Shown piece by piece: positions 1 through 14,910 of a stretch of 64,000 nt of DNA. The notes under the pieces were generated by a model that searched no databases, was not told the origin of the DNA, and was given only the letters and a program-made list of their open reading frames with translations. Origin of the DNA: the human T2T-CHM13v2.0 reference genome, Homo sapiens; NCBI RefSeq assembly GCF_009914755.1, contig NC_060926.1, one strand, 5' to 3'. Numbering within the stretch: position 1 is the stretch's first letter; each line of letters begins with the position of its first letter. The position numbers and the translations under genes were made by a program.

Positions 1-2470
1 ATTGCTGAATAGTATCCCATTATATGGATACACTACAATTTGTTTATCCATTAATCTGTTGATGGAGATTTGGATTGTTTCCAGTAGTTGGATATTGCAA
101 ATAATGTCACTATGTTCTTTCATGCACAAGTCTTTGTATGGGCATATGCTTTTATGTCCCTTGGTTACCTAAAAATCAAAGGGCTAAGTACCTGGTTAGG
201 TTCATGTTTAACTTTAATCAACTGCCAAATGGCTTTCCAAAATGATTTTTACAATTTTACATCCCTACTAGCAATATATGAAAGTTCTAGTTACTCTGCA
301 TCTTTGCCAATACTTGATCTGTCATTTTTATTTTAGCTATTTCTCTCAGTCCATGGCTTATATTTTTATTTCCTTCACAGTGCCTTTCAAAGAGCAGAAG
401 TTTTAACTTTAAGTCCAGTTTATCGCTTTGTTGTTTTATGCCGCAAACTTCTGTTGTCATATATAATAAATACTTGCCTAACGTAAGGTCACCATTAATT
501 TTTCCTACGTTTTATTCTAGAATTTTTATGGTTTCACATTTGCATTTAGGTCTATGATCCATGAAATCAAATTGGTATGAGGCATGAGGTTGAGTGATTT
601 TTGCTTGATTTTGGCATACGGATGGCAAACATCATTTGTTGAAAAGACTAAGCTTTCTCCCCTGAACTGCCTTTGCACTTTTGTCAAAGATCAGTTGTCC
701 ATATATGTGTGGGTTATTTTTGGATTCTCTGTTTCATTGATCTGCTTGTCTGTCTTAATGTCAATTCCACATTGTTTTACATACCAATGTTTTGTAAGTC
801 TTGAAATAAGATAGTGCTGACACTCCAGCTTTGTTCTTCCTTTACACAATTGTTTTGGTTATTATAGGTCTTTTGCATTTCTGTATGAATTTTAATATTT
901 GAAAATGTGTCAATTTCTACCAAAAAGGAGGCTGCTTAGACTTTGGTTAAGGTCATGTTGAATCTATAAATCAGTCTGGAGATAAGTGACATCTCAAGAA
1001 TACTGCTTCCAATCCACCTCACCCATTACTTACATCTTCCTTATATCAGCAATATTTGTGGTTTTCAGAGTACAGGTTTTGGCTATTTCTGTCAGATTTA
1101 TCCCTAAGTACTTCATATTTTTATACTATGAATGGAATGTTTTTATGTATTTTTGATTGCTATTAATATAGATATGTAGTTGATTTTTGTGTAATATTCT
1201 TGTACTCTATAAACTTGCTAAACTCACATATTTTAGTAGCTTTCTTAACAGATTCAGTTACATTTTCCACATAGATGGCTTTACCACAGATTGTTTTACA
1301 TTTTTCTCTAATCTCTATGCCTTTTATTTCTTTTTCTTGAATTATTGCACTTGCTAGAACCATTGTATAATGTCATATAGGGTGGTGAGAATAGATACTT
1401 TTGTCTTGCTCCTGATCTTAGGGTGAAAACATTCTTTTGTCTTCATTGTGTATGATGTTAGTAATCACCTTTTCACAGAAGGTTTTCTTAGCAGGTTGAA
1501 GAAGTTCCCTGCTATTCCTATTTTGCTGAATTATTATTAGAATTGTATGTTAAATTTTCTCAAACGCTTTGTCTGCTTGTACTGAGATGATTTTATGTTA
1601 ATTATATAATGAGTTACATTGACTAATATTTGTATGCTATACTGACCTAGCATTCCTGGTATGCAGTTGATTTGGTAATGATTTTGGGGTATGACTGATA
1701 AAATGTGTATAGAATTGTACACAAATGTTTACAAAGTGTACTTGCCTGTAGTATTGTTTCTTGTATTTTGTCTGCTTTTGCATCATTATAATGATGTAGT
1801 GATGGCCTTCTTGAATGAGTTGGAACGTGTTTCCTCCTCTTCAATTCTTTTTTCAAGCCTCTTCAACTTATATAGAATTTGCATTATTTCTTTATTCAAT
1901 GTTTGGTAGAATTAACTAGTGTTGCCACCTACACCTAGATTTTTATGTGTGGGTAAGCTTGTAAGTACACACTTAATTTTTAAAATAGACATAGGGATCT
2001 TCAGGTTATCTATTTCTTTTTGAGTAAATTTTGATAGCTTATGTATCTGAAAAATGTGTAAATTACACCTAAGTTATTAAAGTAATCTGCAAAAAGATGT
2101 TTATTATATTCTCTTACTATGCTTTTAATATATTTAGGATTTGTGGTGATCTTACCGCTCTTATTTCTGATATTGGTAATTTGTATGTTTGCTCATTTTT
2201 TTGCCAATCAATCTGACTGGAATTTTATCAGTTGTATTGCTTTTCTTAAAGAATCAGCTTTTAGTTTCATTAATTTTCTTTATTGTTTTTCTGCTTTTTA
2301 TTCTGTTGATTTCAACTGTGAATTTTATTAATTATTTTTCTGCTTACTTTGTGTTTGATTTGCTCTGTTTTTTTTTAGTTTATCAAGATAGAAGCTAAGG
2401 TCATGGATTGGAGATACTTTTTCTTTCTAATATAGGAATATACTGATACAAATTTCCTTTAAGTTCTGGT
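1..2470 (-). mobile_element. Old LINE-1 (L1M-type) ORF2/3' region, degraded, running off the window start
   Basis: Reverse-strand L1 motifs (tttatccattaatctgttgatggagatttggattgtttccag; ttgtcaaagatcagttgtccatatatgtg; ttgaagaagttccct); minus-strand ORFs give ORF2-like peptides such as IIQEKEIKGIEI. Confidence 0.85.
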
Positions 2471-2579
2471 TGTGGTTTTGCTATTGTTTTATGGGACTCT
2501 ACAATAAGAATCTTCTTCCACATCTCCCTTATGCCACACTTTTCTAGTTTCAAGACTTAAAGAAGACAAATATTAAGTC

Positions 2580-2750
2580 TACATCTACATCTATATTCAC
2601 ACACACACCCACTATACTATGTACATATATGTATGCATGGATACACATATACATGCATATACACATATATCTGTGTATATATGGATTTGTATATAATTAT
2701 ACATTATGTAATTATAATATATAATCTTATTTATCCTATATAATAGTATA
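2580..2750. repeat. CA/TA-rich low-complexity tract
   Basis: Degenerate (CA)n/(TA)n run visible directly. Confidence 0.7.
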
Positions 2751-2864
2751 TCCAAAAATCATACCACACATTCTATTCTAGGCTCAAGTTGCTGATACCA
2801 GTAATAGTCATCACCAAAAATTGTGATATCTGAGTTAGGACATTACAAGCAGAATAACAGTATT

Positions 2865-3090
2865 ACAATAATAGCTACCATGTGTTAAGAGCACTCACTA
2901 TGTGTCAGACTATGTAATGTCCTATACTATGTGATGTTGTGATGTCTTCATATCATCTTACAAAGTAATAAGAGAATCATTATCTTATACATATAAATAC
3001 AGATTGACATAGTTACATAGTCTGCCTGTGATCCAAGAACTAAACATGGCAGGGCTAGTGTTTAAGCCCAGGTCTTTTCGACTTCAAAAT
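2865..3090 (-). mobile_element. MIR SINE
   Basis: aataatagctaccatgtgttaagagcactcactatgtgtcag ... tttaagcccaggtcttttcgacttcaaa matches the reverse complement of MIR consensus. Confidence 0.7.
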
Positions 3091-4081
3091 GTTTCTGAAG
3101 AGAGAAGAAAAAAATATTATTTTCTTTTTAATTTCAGCCTCTCCATGTCAGTCTATGGCATTTGTTCAGATTTGTTCAGATTTCATTACCTGTGAGCCTT
3201 AAACTCAATTGGAAGAAATCTTTCATCAAGAGTTTAACCATATCTCTCCCATATAATAGAGGAAAATTCTACCATCCGTGAAAATTGCTTCCTCTAGTAG
3301 AGCATGTCATCTAAAAAACTGTCTTTTTAGCGATTGTAGAAAATTACAGAAGTGCCTCTGCCAGACTCCAAATTTTTTCCCTGAGGCTAGTTTCCTCCTG
3401 CACATTTTCATTTGGTGTGTTCAAAACCATTTATTTGCTTTTCAGTTTCTCCCTTGAATCTTTCTTTGCAGGGATCCCATCGTTAAACTGAGTTCAGACA
3501 CTCTCTTATTAAGATCTCTTCCCTTCCCATACACATAATAGGCAAACAAGCACAGTAATAGTCCTAAGTTCACTGATGCCTAACTAAACATTAAATATTC
3601 TTGGGCCTGGTGGGTGCTATATGTGTTTCCCAAACCCAATTACTCAGAGACCCTGTGAGATAGTGTATTTTCTCTAGCATGTACTTACTTACTCCTAACA
3701 TTGCCTCACCATATCCAAAATTCTTTAAGCCTATAGTACTACTATTGTGGCAACTAACTATTTTTCCCATCCTGTAACAGGACTATTATTGTTTTGTCTG
3801 CTAACCTGTCAGTCCTTCAGGCTCAACATGGGAAGTATATCATCCATGTCATCAACAAAATCCTAATGCCACTTTGTTAAATGCCTGCACACAGAAATTC
3901 TCTCAATTTAGAAGTTTGTGTCAGTTTACTTTAGAGATACCTACAGATCTCTACATAGATTACTCCTTGCTCGCTACATATGACATCCAACTCCTGAAGT
4001 TTCAGGAATGCAAGTGAACCTTCCTTGGCTGTAGAAATGTCTTTTTAGCCTCTCCAAGACCAGGTTTTATGCACTACATTA

Positions 4082-4290
4082 ATAATCCTCAACCACGGGT
4101 GATTTTGCTTTTGCTTACCCAGAGGGTTAATTGGCAATATCTGGAGACACCATTGGTTGTCATGATTGGCATGCGGATACTGATATTGGTATCTATGAAT
4201 AGAGGCAAGGCATGTTTACCACAATGCTCAGGACAGATCTCAGCCCCCACCAATTACCTGGTCCGAAATGTCAATAGTTTAAAACCTTTA
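4082..4290 (+). mobile_element. MER20 hAT-Charlie MITE
   Basis: ctcaaccacgggtgattttgc...ttggcaatatctggagacaccattggttgtca...aaatgtcaatagt follows MER20 consensus. Confidence 0.8.
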
Positions 4291-5869
4291 ATAGATGCTT
4301 TCCTAGTTCAGGAGTTTTGTTTATTTGTTTGTTTGGTTTTGTCCAGAAATGTGTCAATGGGAAGAAGAACTGCCTTAGCATTCTAAGTCCCTGAGGTCAC
4401 ATTGTCCTGGTCCCGGTTCTCTACACACTTACCTGACCCTGCCCAGCTACACCAGGTGTTAATCTTGTCTCTGAGATGCAAAGATATTAAGGCATGATAG
4501 GAATAAAGAATTCAAAATAAGCTTCATTAGCTGCCTAGTTCTGCAATGATTTTAGTTCCTCACTCTATCTTTGCTAAACTGAAATGAACAACATGTGAAT
4601 CATAAAGACTGCTGTCAATTATTTAAAGCCCAGAGTCAGTCACTCTAACTAGATGAACAACAAAAAAGCTTACGACTAAGCCTATTTTATTTGTCCAGCA
4701 TAGTGCTAAAATTTTGAATGCTTTCATAGACATTATGCAAGCTGTAAGTTTCCATAGTCCCTGCAAGTTAATAATCTTTATTTATATATGTTGCTTTGTG
4801 TACCATCTATGTTACTTACCTCTCCTTCCCTGGAAGGCATATGAGTTTGCCTAGGCTTGATTAAATGCAACCCATGGTCAAATTTAAACAGAGCACTTTC
4901 CTAAAAATTTGCCCTTAAAGCATATGGTTACTTTGACTTTCTTGTTCTTGTCATTCCAGAAATTATAAGATCTAGTGGAGCCCAACAGGAGATACCAAAG
5001 AAAAAAAAAGTGATACTTCTTTTTATAGCTTAGAGTAGCATGTCTAAGTCTGCTTCCCCAGTATAAAGACACTCTTAATTGAGTATAGCTGCCGGGCCAC
5101 TTTACTGCAGTCTCTTCCTGCAGAAGAGTCTTCCTATCAGTTGTAAACACTCTTCCATCACTTTGAATGCTCCATGTTCTTGGACCAAATCACCCACAGT
5201 AAGGCTTTTCCTCCTCAGAATTATTGTGGAGGTGAGAGAGGAGAAAGTTGTTGAGCATTCTCACAGCTTCCTAATTAATCAACATCATTTCAGAAGTTTG
5301 ATTTAAAAAAATGTGAATTTGAACAATGGATGGTGTTCAGGGAATAATGGGAAAAAATGTATTATTTATTAAGCTAAAAAATAGCACCATTGGAATTAAT
5401 ATTTGGCATATTGTTTCTGGTTGTAATAAGTGCATTAAACATACAACCATACAAACAAAAAAAAATCTGTATTACAGAAGATCAAAAATCAGAAAATATT
5501 TAAAAAGAAAACTTATCATATTCATATTAGAAACAAAAATCATAAAATAATCTGTAATATATTTAAAAATAAATTTTCTCCTGTTTGCATAACATTGTAG
5601 TATTCTCCTGCACACTTGACTTATAAATGAAAATCAACATAAGTAAGTAGAGCCTTATCATATCTCAAAATGAAAGATTTAGAATTTAAAAGATAATCAT
5701 TCACTCCGTATTATTTTAAAAAATAACGCAATTCCAATTAAATGTATCAAAGACACTTTATTAGGGTACTGACATAATAATTCTAAAGTTCATCTCAATA
5801 TCCTAAACATCTCACTTGTCTACCACTAGAGAATCATTTTAATAAATTAAGAACAAAGAGGTAGATCTT

Positions 5870-7350
5870 TATTTACTGTAATGAGAAAATGTCCAAGATA
5901 TATTGAGTGAAACAAATAATTCCAGAAGCATACAAACAAAATTTAGACCAGTATAGCTAGTATAATATTTTTTGAGAAGAAAATATTCATTCATAAAAGT
6001 ACAGAAAATATCCAGAAGAAAACAGAACAGAGAGTTAACAATGATTTATTTCTAGAATATGGTTCCGGAGAGGATAAAAGGCAATAGAAAACAAGATAGT
6101 GGGAAAGAACCACACTTACCAATGTAATTATATATAATTTTATATATGTATATATATCATTTTATAACTAAATGTAGAAACTGGATGGAAATAATACCCC
6201 AAATATATTTTTAAACAAGAATAATTAAACATAATTTAATCTTTTAGATTAACTAAGCAGTATGCCAAAAGCACCAGCAAAATAAAAATTTTAATAGAAA
6301 CACAGGTGTTTTCATATATATTTGTATATATGAAAACATATATGAATACATAGTCCATACGCATAACATATAAATATAATGCATAAAATGTTAATGTATG
6401 TATCCATAAGTAACTACTTAATGATTTACAATTTAAATATAAAATTTTGAGGTTGTAATTAAATGACGTGAAATTGGGGAACTAGGTAAAATGTTTGACA
6501 ATAAAAAGTTAGTTGAATTATTTCAAATAAAAAGCATGAGACTATTAGAAAAAAATAAAGTGAATAGTTATTTACTATTTTCTTGAGAGAATCTTTGTAC
6601 CATACAATAAAGGAAGAAACAATAAAATAAAATATAGAATAATTTATATATAAATGAAATTAATTTTCTAATCATACAATCAAATCCTACCTAAAATAAT
6701 TAAAAGCTGAACGGCAAGCTCTGAACGATTTGCAATGTTTATAGAAGCTAAAGGATTAATAAACTACTTAAAACCTATTATAAGTTAATAAAATTACGAA
6801 CAAGCAAAGAAAATGAACATAAAATACAGAAATTAAAATATACAAATGTCAAACATAAGAAATTGCATGTGTCACTAGTAGTCACAGTGGTGGTGAATAT
6901 TAATAGAACAATAAAATATCATTTGATCTCAATTAGAACAAATCATTGCAAAAAAATTTAAATGTTGAGGTGAGAAAATAAATTGAAATATCACTATAAA
7001 TTGTTAATCATTAAGTGTATCAGAAATGACATAAGTGCAAACATTATTGTCCTAAATTTGCTTATCCTGAAAATGTCGAAAACACTACCAAAACAGAATT
7101 GGAACCCATATAAAATAAATTAATATTATTCACTAACTAAAAATATGTGTAGACGAATGCTTACTGATATATAAACATGTTCACAAGAGAGTAAGCAAAA
7201 ATGGCAGATTATAAGCAATTCACTTACATTATTATTTTTGTGTAATAAAAATGCATACACAATTGTTTTAGAAAAAAGATAATAAAAGTTATATAAATTT
7301 TTTAAATTTTTGCTTTTATGTATTTTATCATTTTGAACATAAACATGTAA
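5870..7350 (+). mobile_element. Highly degraded old L1 (L1ME-like) fragments in AT-rich DNA
   Basis: A-rich plus strand with residual L1 3' motifs (aaaatgtccaagatatattgagtgaaa; gagttaacaatgatttatttctag). Confidence 0.4.
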
Positions 7351-7574
7351 TAAAATGGCATATTAATGAACAAAAGTATGAGAGAAAAAATTTATATTAA
7401 AAAACTGGGCCACACAAAACTGTATACCGTAAAGTTAATCTATAGCTTTGAACTTTAGTGATATAAATTTATCAATATTTTGAAATAAAAATTTATAAAG
7501 AAAATTTTCAAAGAAGATATGTAATTATCTTTAAAAGGCAGAAAATTTTTTAAAAAGTAAAATTTGGGAACGTA

Positions 7575-9150
7575 ATTATTTATTCTTTCAGTAAGTATTT
7601 ATTGAGCTTTTATTGTATACAAGACATGGAGTGAGGCACTGGAATTATAAAGTCCAACAAAAAAAGTCATGTTACCTTCTGCTGGGTAAATTAGATCAAG
7701 TAGGATTGGCAGACATTAATCAAGTCATTATGAAAAAGGAGGGATAATCTCAAATTGGGTACATCTCATGTAGAGTATTAGATGGGTGAGCAAGAGTAAA
7801 ACAAGGTGGTTTGACTATACAAGGATTTCTGCAACGGCTTCCTGAGGAGCTGGTGAATGCGAATTCATTATATGGAGGTGAATAGTAATCTAGGGCCAGA
7901 CTTACATCAACACATTGTCCAAGGAGAAAGAATGCAAATAAGAGGAAAACAAAATAAAGCCAGTGCCGAGAGTAGAGTCATCCATGAATGGAGATTGTAG
8001 AGCAAAGAGAGTGTAAAATGAAAATCTGTGAAGGCAGGGCCAGGTCATTCAGGGTTTTTTTTTTTTAGCTTATATTTTGGTTCTCATTCTATCAACAATA
8101 GGACTCCACTAAATTGCTTTAAATAAATAACGGAGGATGTAACATGATCCACTTTTGTTTTGGAAGCTGCACCTTGCCTGTAGCAGAGAAACAAATTCAA
8201 TGGAACAAGAGTTGAATTAAGGAGACTAAATAGGACAAAAATTGTCACTAGTAAAGATGGAGAGACATGAATGAATTTGAGATTTATTTAGGAGGTAAAA
8301 TCAGTAAGACTCCAAGATAGATTGCTTATGGAGTATGAGGGTGAGGATGGGTTTAAAGATAATTCTGGAGATTGTGACTTTCCAAGAGGGATAGCTTCAT
8401 TCACAAAACAAGAAATACCAGGAATAAAAACGTGGAGAAAAGATCTTGGCTTACTTTTGGAAATGACTTTAAGATGTCTCAGATATCTGAATTCAGGTGT
8501 CAAATAAGAAGCTGGCATATATTTATACATGTGGGGAACTCAGAGCAGAGGTCAAGCAACAGAGAAATAACATGTTTATTTTTAGTGAATAAATGGTAGT
8601 GTATTCTGTGTGTGTAAATGAGATCAGAAAGAGAGGGTGAGAGGGAGAGACAGAGAGAGAATATGATGGAATAAGAGAATACCACAAGGATGTAGCCATA
8701 AGAAAAACGTAAAACTCAGGTAGAGGAATTTGAGCTTACAAAGATATGGAAAAGGTGAATGATTAAATGAAAAATGAATGAACCCATGTACAGAAGTCAA
8801 GGGAGGAAAACATTTAAAGAAAGAAAAAAGGCCGACTGTTAACAATTATTGAGATATCAAAGTAAAGCAAAGAATTTTTTAAAAAATTATAAAATGTGGT
8901 GATGATGAAGTCAGTGGCAAGCTTAGCAAGAGCTGTTTGGATGGCATAGTGGGCTCTAATGACACATGATAGTAGGTTGAAGAACTTAGCAATTGATGGA
9001 GAAAAGTAGACTGGGGTAGAATCTTTTGTAAAGATTTTCTATGAAAGGGAAGTATAATACAGAGCAGTAATAGAGGAGAATTTAAAGTTATAAGAAAATT
9101 CTCTCTGTCTCTCTTCCTTTCTTGAGTGGTAATACTCAAGTATGTTTAAA
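7575..9150 (-). mobile_element. L2 LINE 3' portion
   Basis: Starts with reverse-complement L2 tail (ttctttcagtaagtatttattgagc) followed by purine-rich L2 body (gagatttatttaggaggtaaaatcagtaagact). Confidence 0.75.
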
Positions 9151-9172
9151 AGCCTATAAAAATGATATAGAT

Positions 9173-9386
9173 TCAGGTCAGCAAACTAACACATGAGCTA
9201 AATCCAGACTGCCACCATTTTTTTTGTAAATAGATTTTACTGGGACACAGATGTACTCATCCTTTACATATTTTCCATAGCTTTTTGTACTATAGTGACA
9301 AAGTAGTTGTCACATCGACCATATGGCCCATAAAGTCTAAAATATTGACTGTCTTATTATTTGCAGAAATAGTTTGCTGCCCTCTG
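9173..9386 (+). mobile_element. MER58A hAT-Charlie MITE
   Basis: ggtcagcaaact...tttttgtaaatagattttactgg...tatggcccataaagtctaaaatatt...agtttgctgccctctg; imperfect 8-bp TSD atatagat/atccagat. Confidence 0.85.
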
Positions 9387-9999
9387 ATCCAGATAAAAGA
9401 AATAATTTGACTACATAAAAAAGTGAAAGGTAACTGATGAGGTAAAATTACTTAATGTCAGAGAGTATTGGTGGAGGAATCATTCAGACATTGGCAGTAT
9501 TATACCCTGGGAAGTAGAACATTGATGTAATTTCCTTTAATTTGAAGGTAATTCTCTACTAGTTCTTTGAAAAAAATCAATAAATCTGTAGATCTTTAGC
9601 CATTATAAACAAGAATCATTTAACAAAACAGAACGTTGAGGCATTTACAATCTTAAGGAAAAATTACATGTAATGATCTAACAATTTTATTCTGTTTATA
9701 AGAATACAGACTCAAGGAGCTGACATCCCTTATTTATAGTTTGTAGTGCAGTGGTCTATAGTAATTGAATGAACAAATATATGACTAGAGAAGATGTTTA
9801 AGTATTACATAAACAATTTGTTATACATGCTAAATTTTCAAAGAAATGTGGATTTTGTAGGAAACTATAGTTTAACATTCTGCTTCAAAGACATAAAAGA
9901 AAAATCTAAATAAAATTTATAATTTTTTCTCAGCATTGCATCCAAAAGGGGTTCTACAAAGGCAAATTTTCATGAATAGTTTATACATTTCAAGGGAAA

Positions 10000-12150
10000 A
10001 CAATTTCTATATTATTTTAATGATTTTAGAGCTAGAAAAAGATAAATTATTAAATATAACTCAACTAATAAAGAACATAATATTAAGATCTCTTTTTATT
10101 TAAGAGATAATTATAAATTACGAATCAAAGTAAGCGCAATAGGAGCTGATCTGGAAAAGAATATAATGAAAGAACAACCATAATTTATTCCAGAAATACA
10201 AATAACATTTAATATTATGAAACAATATATATAAAATTCATAAAATCAAAAACCAAAGTATAGGAAAAAAGATATTCCTCACCAAAAAAAGAAAAAAAGC
10301 TAAAAATTCATTTGGTAAACTTAGTGTCTGTCCTATTGTTAATTTTTATAAATGAGACTATATGATAATTGTGATAAATAAGATTTTGCTAAAAAACAGT
10401 GTTTTCCTAGTTTAAAAATAGCACAGAGTCCAGTGTTACCACATGCTAGTATAGGTACACAACATATTTTTGTTGAATAAATCAACGAAGTGGACCAAAA
10501 TACAGTAGTCAAATTAAAGTTAGAAACAAAAAAATTGCTCCAAATCACCATAGTCATTTAATGGTATTCTAGAAGATTTCCTCTTAATATGTAGAAGTAT
10601 AATAAATAAGAAATGTAACTATTAAAAAAGAGAAGATAAACATTGTGTTTTGCAAAATTATTTTTGAACTAAAAATTTTTAAAAGTTATTCTACTAAAAT
10701 GAATGCATATAATCAAAATATTGATGCCTATAAATATGGACATACATATACATGCATTATCATATCTGTATTAGAATTTTAAAATGAATCAAATGAACAC
10801 ATCTTTAAAGGGGACATAGAAAGGAATGATATAAATCGAGCTCTAAGACAATATTTTTTATAATATTTCCTTTTGAAAAATGCAGAGATTTCAATTATTT
10901 CCAAATTGATTCATAGATTCACATAATTCTAGTCAAAATACCAAATATGTGTGTTCAGGGAAGAGAGAGCGATACAAAAATCTCATTTCAAATAGAAATG
11001 ACAAAGAAAAACCATGACATTTCTTTTTTAGTAGACATGGAATTTAGTGGTTGGAGCAAGAATACTTATTTATAAAACTTAAAATATATTGTAAACTATA
11101 ATAGTGTTTGAAAATATGGTTCTTACATTGTAATAAAGAGTGAATCCTTGAGTGGAATATAGAAAGCACAAAAATGACCTGGATATATTAGAATTTTACG
11201 TTAGTATTAAGTAAAATATCCGGAGAGAATTATAATATTTTAGCAGGAAAAAAACAAGTTAGTTCTCTATTTCACATGGACACACTAAAGTATGTTTTAA
11301 ATTAAGAAGTAAATGTAAAAATAAACCTATAGAGGAAATGATTAAGACATAGTAAATATTTAGTATACACAGGATGAGAAAGGCATTTTTAAAGTAAAAG
11401 CAATGTAAGAAAACATAATGAATAATGTTATTATTGTTGACTTCAAAGACTGTTTAGATTCCACATTTCAAAATAAGAAATCCAGTAACACAAAATGTGA
11501 AAAAAAGGTTCTACTGCACTAACGTCAAACATGTAAAAATTAAGTGCTAAAAAAATAACCTGTCAAATTGCTAAAAAAGAGATAATAAATAATGTTAGGG
11601 GTATATGTGGAAAAATGGGAACTCTTACACAATGCATGTGGTAAGATAAAAAACATAAAAAGTTATATATTTTTGAGAGAGCAATTTTGGCAATGTGTTA
11701 AGTAGATTACATTTTTTATTCTTTCTGGCCACTTATTCTCTTTTGTAGGAATCTATCAACATGATGAGGTAATTTAAGACATTTTTGTGACGGTGAAATG
11801 AACCATCGCAAATGTCCAACAAAAAAGGGAGGCATAAGTAAAAGATGACACATCTTAGGAATATACTTTCAAAAACTATGTTTTCAAAAGCATTCCTATT
11901 CATAATAAAATGTGAACTTCAAAGTAATGTTATGCAATCATATACATACAGTTTCTAATATGAAATTAATTTTCTCTAATAGCCACAGTCACATACCTGT
12001 GCATATGATAGAATTTATGTTCCAGAATTTTTAAAGTATTACCTCTGCATAGTGGGGCTTGTTGGTAATTATTTTGATTATTTTTATAAATAACTTTATG
12101 TTTTCAATATTTTCTTAAAAAGCATTCATTTACTTTATAACTAGAAAATA
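10000..12150 (+). mobile_element. Degraded L1M ORF2/3' fragments, with a short L2 tail near 10400-10490
   Basis: caaattgattcatagattc...caaaatacc; gggaactcttacacaatgcatgtgg; gagagcaattttggcaat. Confidence 0.5.
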
Positions 12151-12729
12151 ATGGAAATTAAAATGTATCATGTTAATCTACAAAATTATACTCGTTCATA
12201 TCTCAGAATAACCTGTATCTTTGTAATTGTTTAGTATAAGTAGAGTAGAAACAGTCAAACATTGTAGGATAAAATCATATATTTGCTTATATAATTAATT
12301 ATGTAATCTGTTTCAATAAATTTTTAGTAAAAAACTCAGTGAGAAAGAGAATGAATGCTATCTTCTTTCTGGCCCAAAGATTCCTTGTCAATCTTCATGT
12401 TTTGTTGGAGAATCATATACACATTCCAAAGGAAGATGTTATACCAAAGGTGAAGGGGCAACACATTGGAATGCTGATTTTAAATCATCTCTTATCCTCC
12501 AGTCATTTGGGAAAAGCCACACTGTGAGTGGTCAGATAACCAAAGAGATTATGATTTGCGAAAGTTAAAAATTTATATTTAAATTTTAAATTCCCTTACC
12601 TCTCAAGTTTCAAGATTGACATCTAAGTAACATTTCTCAGAAATTAAAAAAAGGAAAAAAGAAAAGAAATTCTAGTTAGAATACCACACGCCACGTCCCA
12701 AAGGTGAGAGGAAAAAGTGGTTGAGAATA

Positions 12730-13495
12730 TTTGGTCTCTGTGGTTCAGAAGTTACAGAGGAAACAGCTACTATCAAATTGGAATCCCTAAGAGCAATGCA
12801 CAAAATGGAATTCCAGAGTGGCATAGACCTGGTGTCAGAACTTAATCACCGAAGACAAGGTGAGCATGGTTACCATGACGACAGCAAAGTCAAAGCAGTG
12901 ATCAGAATACCCTGACTCAAAAAAGATCTATGATGCTGACTAGTGGATCATGGTGTCCCTAGAAGAGAAGTACGTACAAATCCATTAAATTCATACTTGA
13001 TCTGCATACGTGGAAGAGTTCTAGCTCAAGTGAACAGAAGTCTAATTTGAATCACCAAAATAGTCATGATCCCATAATCAATTCCCAGACTTGAGCCAGT
13101 TTACAGACCCAGAATCCACTGAATGAAAAGGCAGACAGGTCCCCTTGAGGAAGGACCCTGCTATACTATGAAAAATGTATACTGTTAAACTTTCCCCCAG
13201 CCTTCTCCAGCGAGATCTATAACTATTTTCTAAGGTGACTGTGTATTGGGGAATGTGAAGTAATCAGACTTTTGGGGATTACTCGACACAAACTCTGAAG
13301 TGACACGAATTCTTGGAGATCCAAAACATCCCTGTGATCCTCCAGTCAGAGTAAGGGCTCGTAGAGGACAAGTGATTAATGGAATTTTAGCTCAGATCCA
13401 TCTCACAGTGAGAATCCAAGCCGTGTTATTTCCCTAGTTCCATAGTGCATAATCAGAATATATATACTCAACCACTGGCCAAATCCCCTCATTGG
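12730..13495 (+). mobile_element. ERVL internal fragment (gag C-terminus and protease), pseudogenised, no LTRs
   Basis: HERV-L-like caattcccagacttgagccagtttacagacccaga...gtccccttgaggaaggaccc; protease motif LLDTNSEVTRILGDPKH from 13279 (cf. LLDTGSELTLIPGDPK). Confidence 0.85.
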
Positions 13496-13958
13496 AATAA
13501 TTATGCTGTACCAATCACAAAGAAAATCATTTGTTTTCTCAAGCAAATGTAACATTATTATTTTGTCTTTTTTGTCTTTATGGGGTTTGTTTTTTGTCAG
13601 TAGTGCCCTCTCTCATTTCATAGTACGCAATCATATCATGAGAAATATTCCATTGAAAAACTTAGAAAGAAATGTGTTTCAGTTTAAAATATATTACACT
13701 ATGGGGACAATAATAAGAATGATGCAATACATATTTCTACAAATATAAGAGCTTATGCTTAACCAATATAAATACTTATACACAAATTATTAAATTATAT
13801 ATTACATACATATATATGCAGTAGAGCAATATCAATTCTTCTTTAAATCACTTACTAATAACTTCTGAATTCAAAAGGAATATTTAATGTATTGTTGAAA
13901 ACTCCCACTTGTGATGTGTGATGCATAAACACCTGGGGAATGAAAAAACTGTTTCTAA

Positions 13959-14441
<483 letters not shown>

Positions 14442-14699
14442 TTACAAATCCTGGGGTATTATTAAATATTGCCAGCTCTGGTACCCAAACTAAATTACAG
14501 CTCAGACAAGGGACGGAAAGGTCATGTTTATTATTCACTTTAGTAAAAATGTAACCACAACACGTGTTTCTACATCAGGGAGTATTATAACCATCATCAT
14601 AACTAATAATAACAATGAAAATAATACAGCTACATTGTATTTTGCATTTTTCAGTAAACAGTAGGGCTTATGGTTAATAATCATTCATATTTACACTGT

Positions 14700-14910
14700 A
14701 GCTTTTTATGGAGGAGTTCAGAGTGGTTTCTGAATAGTACCTCATTAATCATTTCAACAAGTTACTTGGAAAGTTATTATCCTAGTCCAATAGATGAAAA
14801 AATTATATCACAGAAAGGTCAGATATATATTTACTTGTCCAATATTAGAGAAGTAAAGAGAGTCTGCTTCAAATCTAAGACCTCTTTTTCACCCCTTGAT
14901 CTAACCACTG
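14700..14910 (-). mobile_element. MIR, degraded
   Basis: ctcattaatcatttcaacaa...ttattatcctagtccaatagatgaaaaaat resembles reverse MIR core. Confidence 0.45.
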
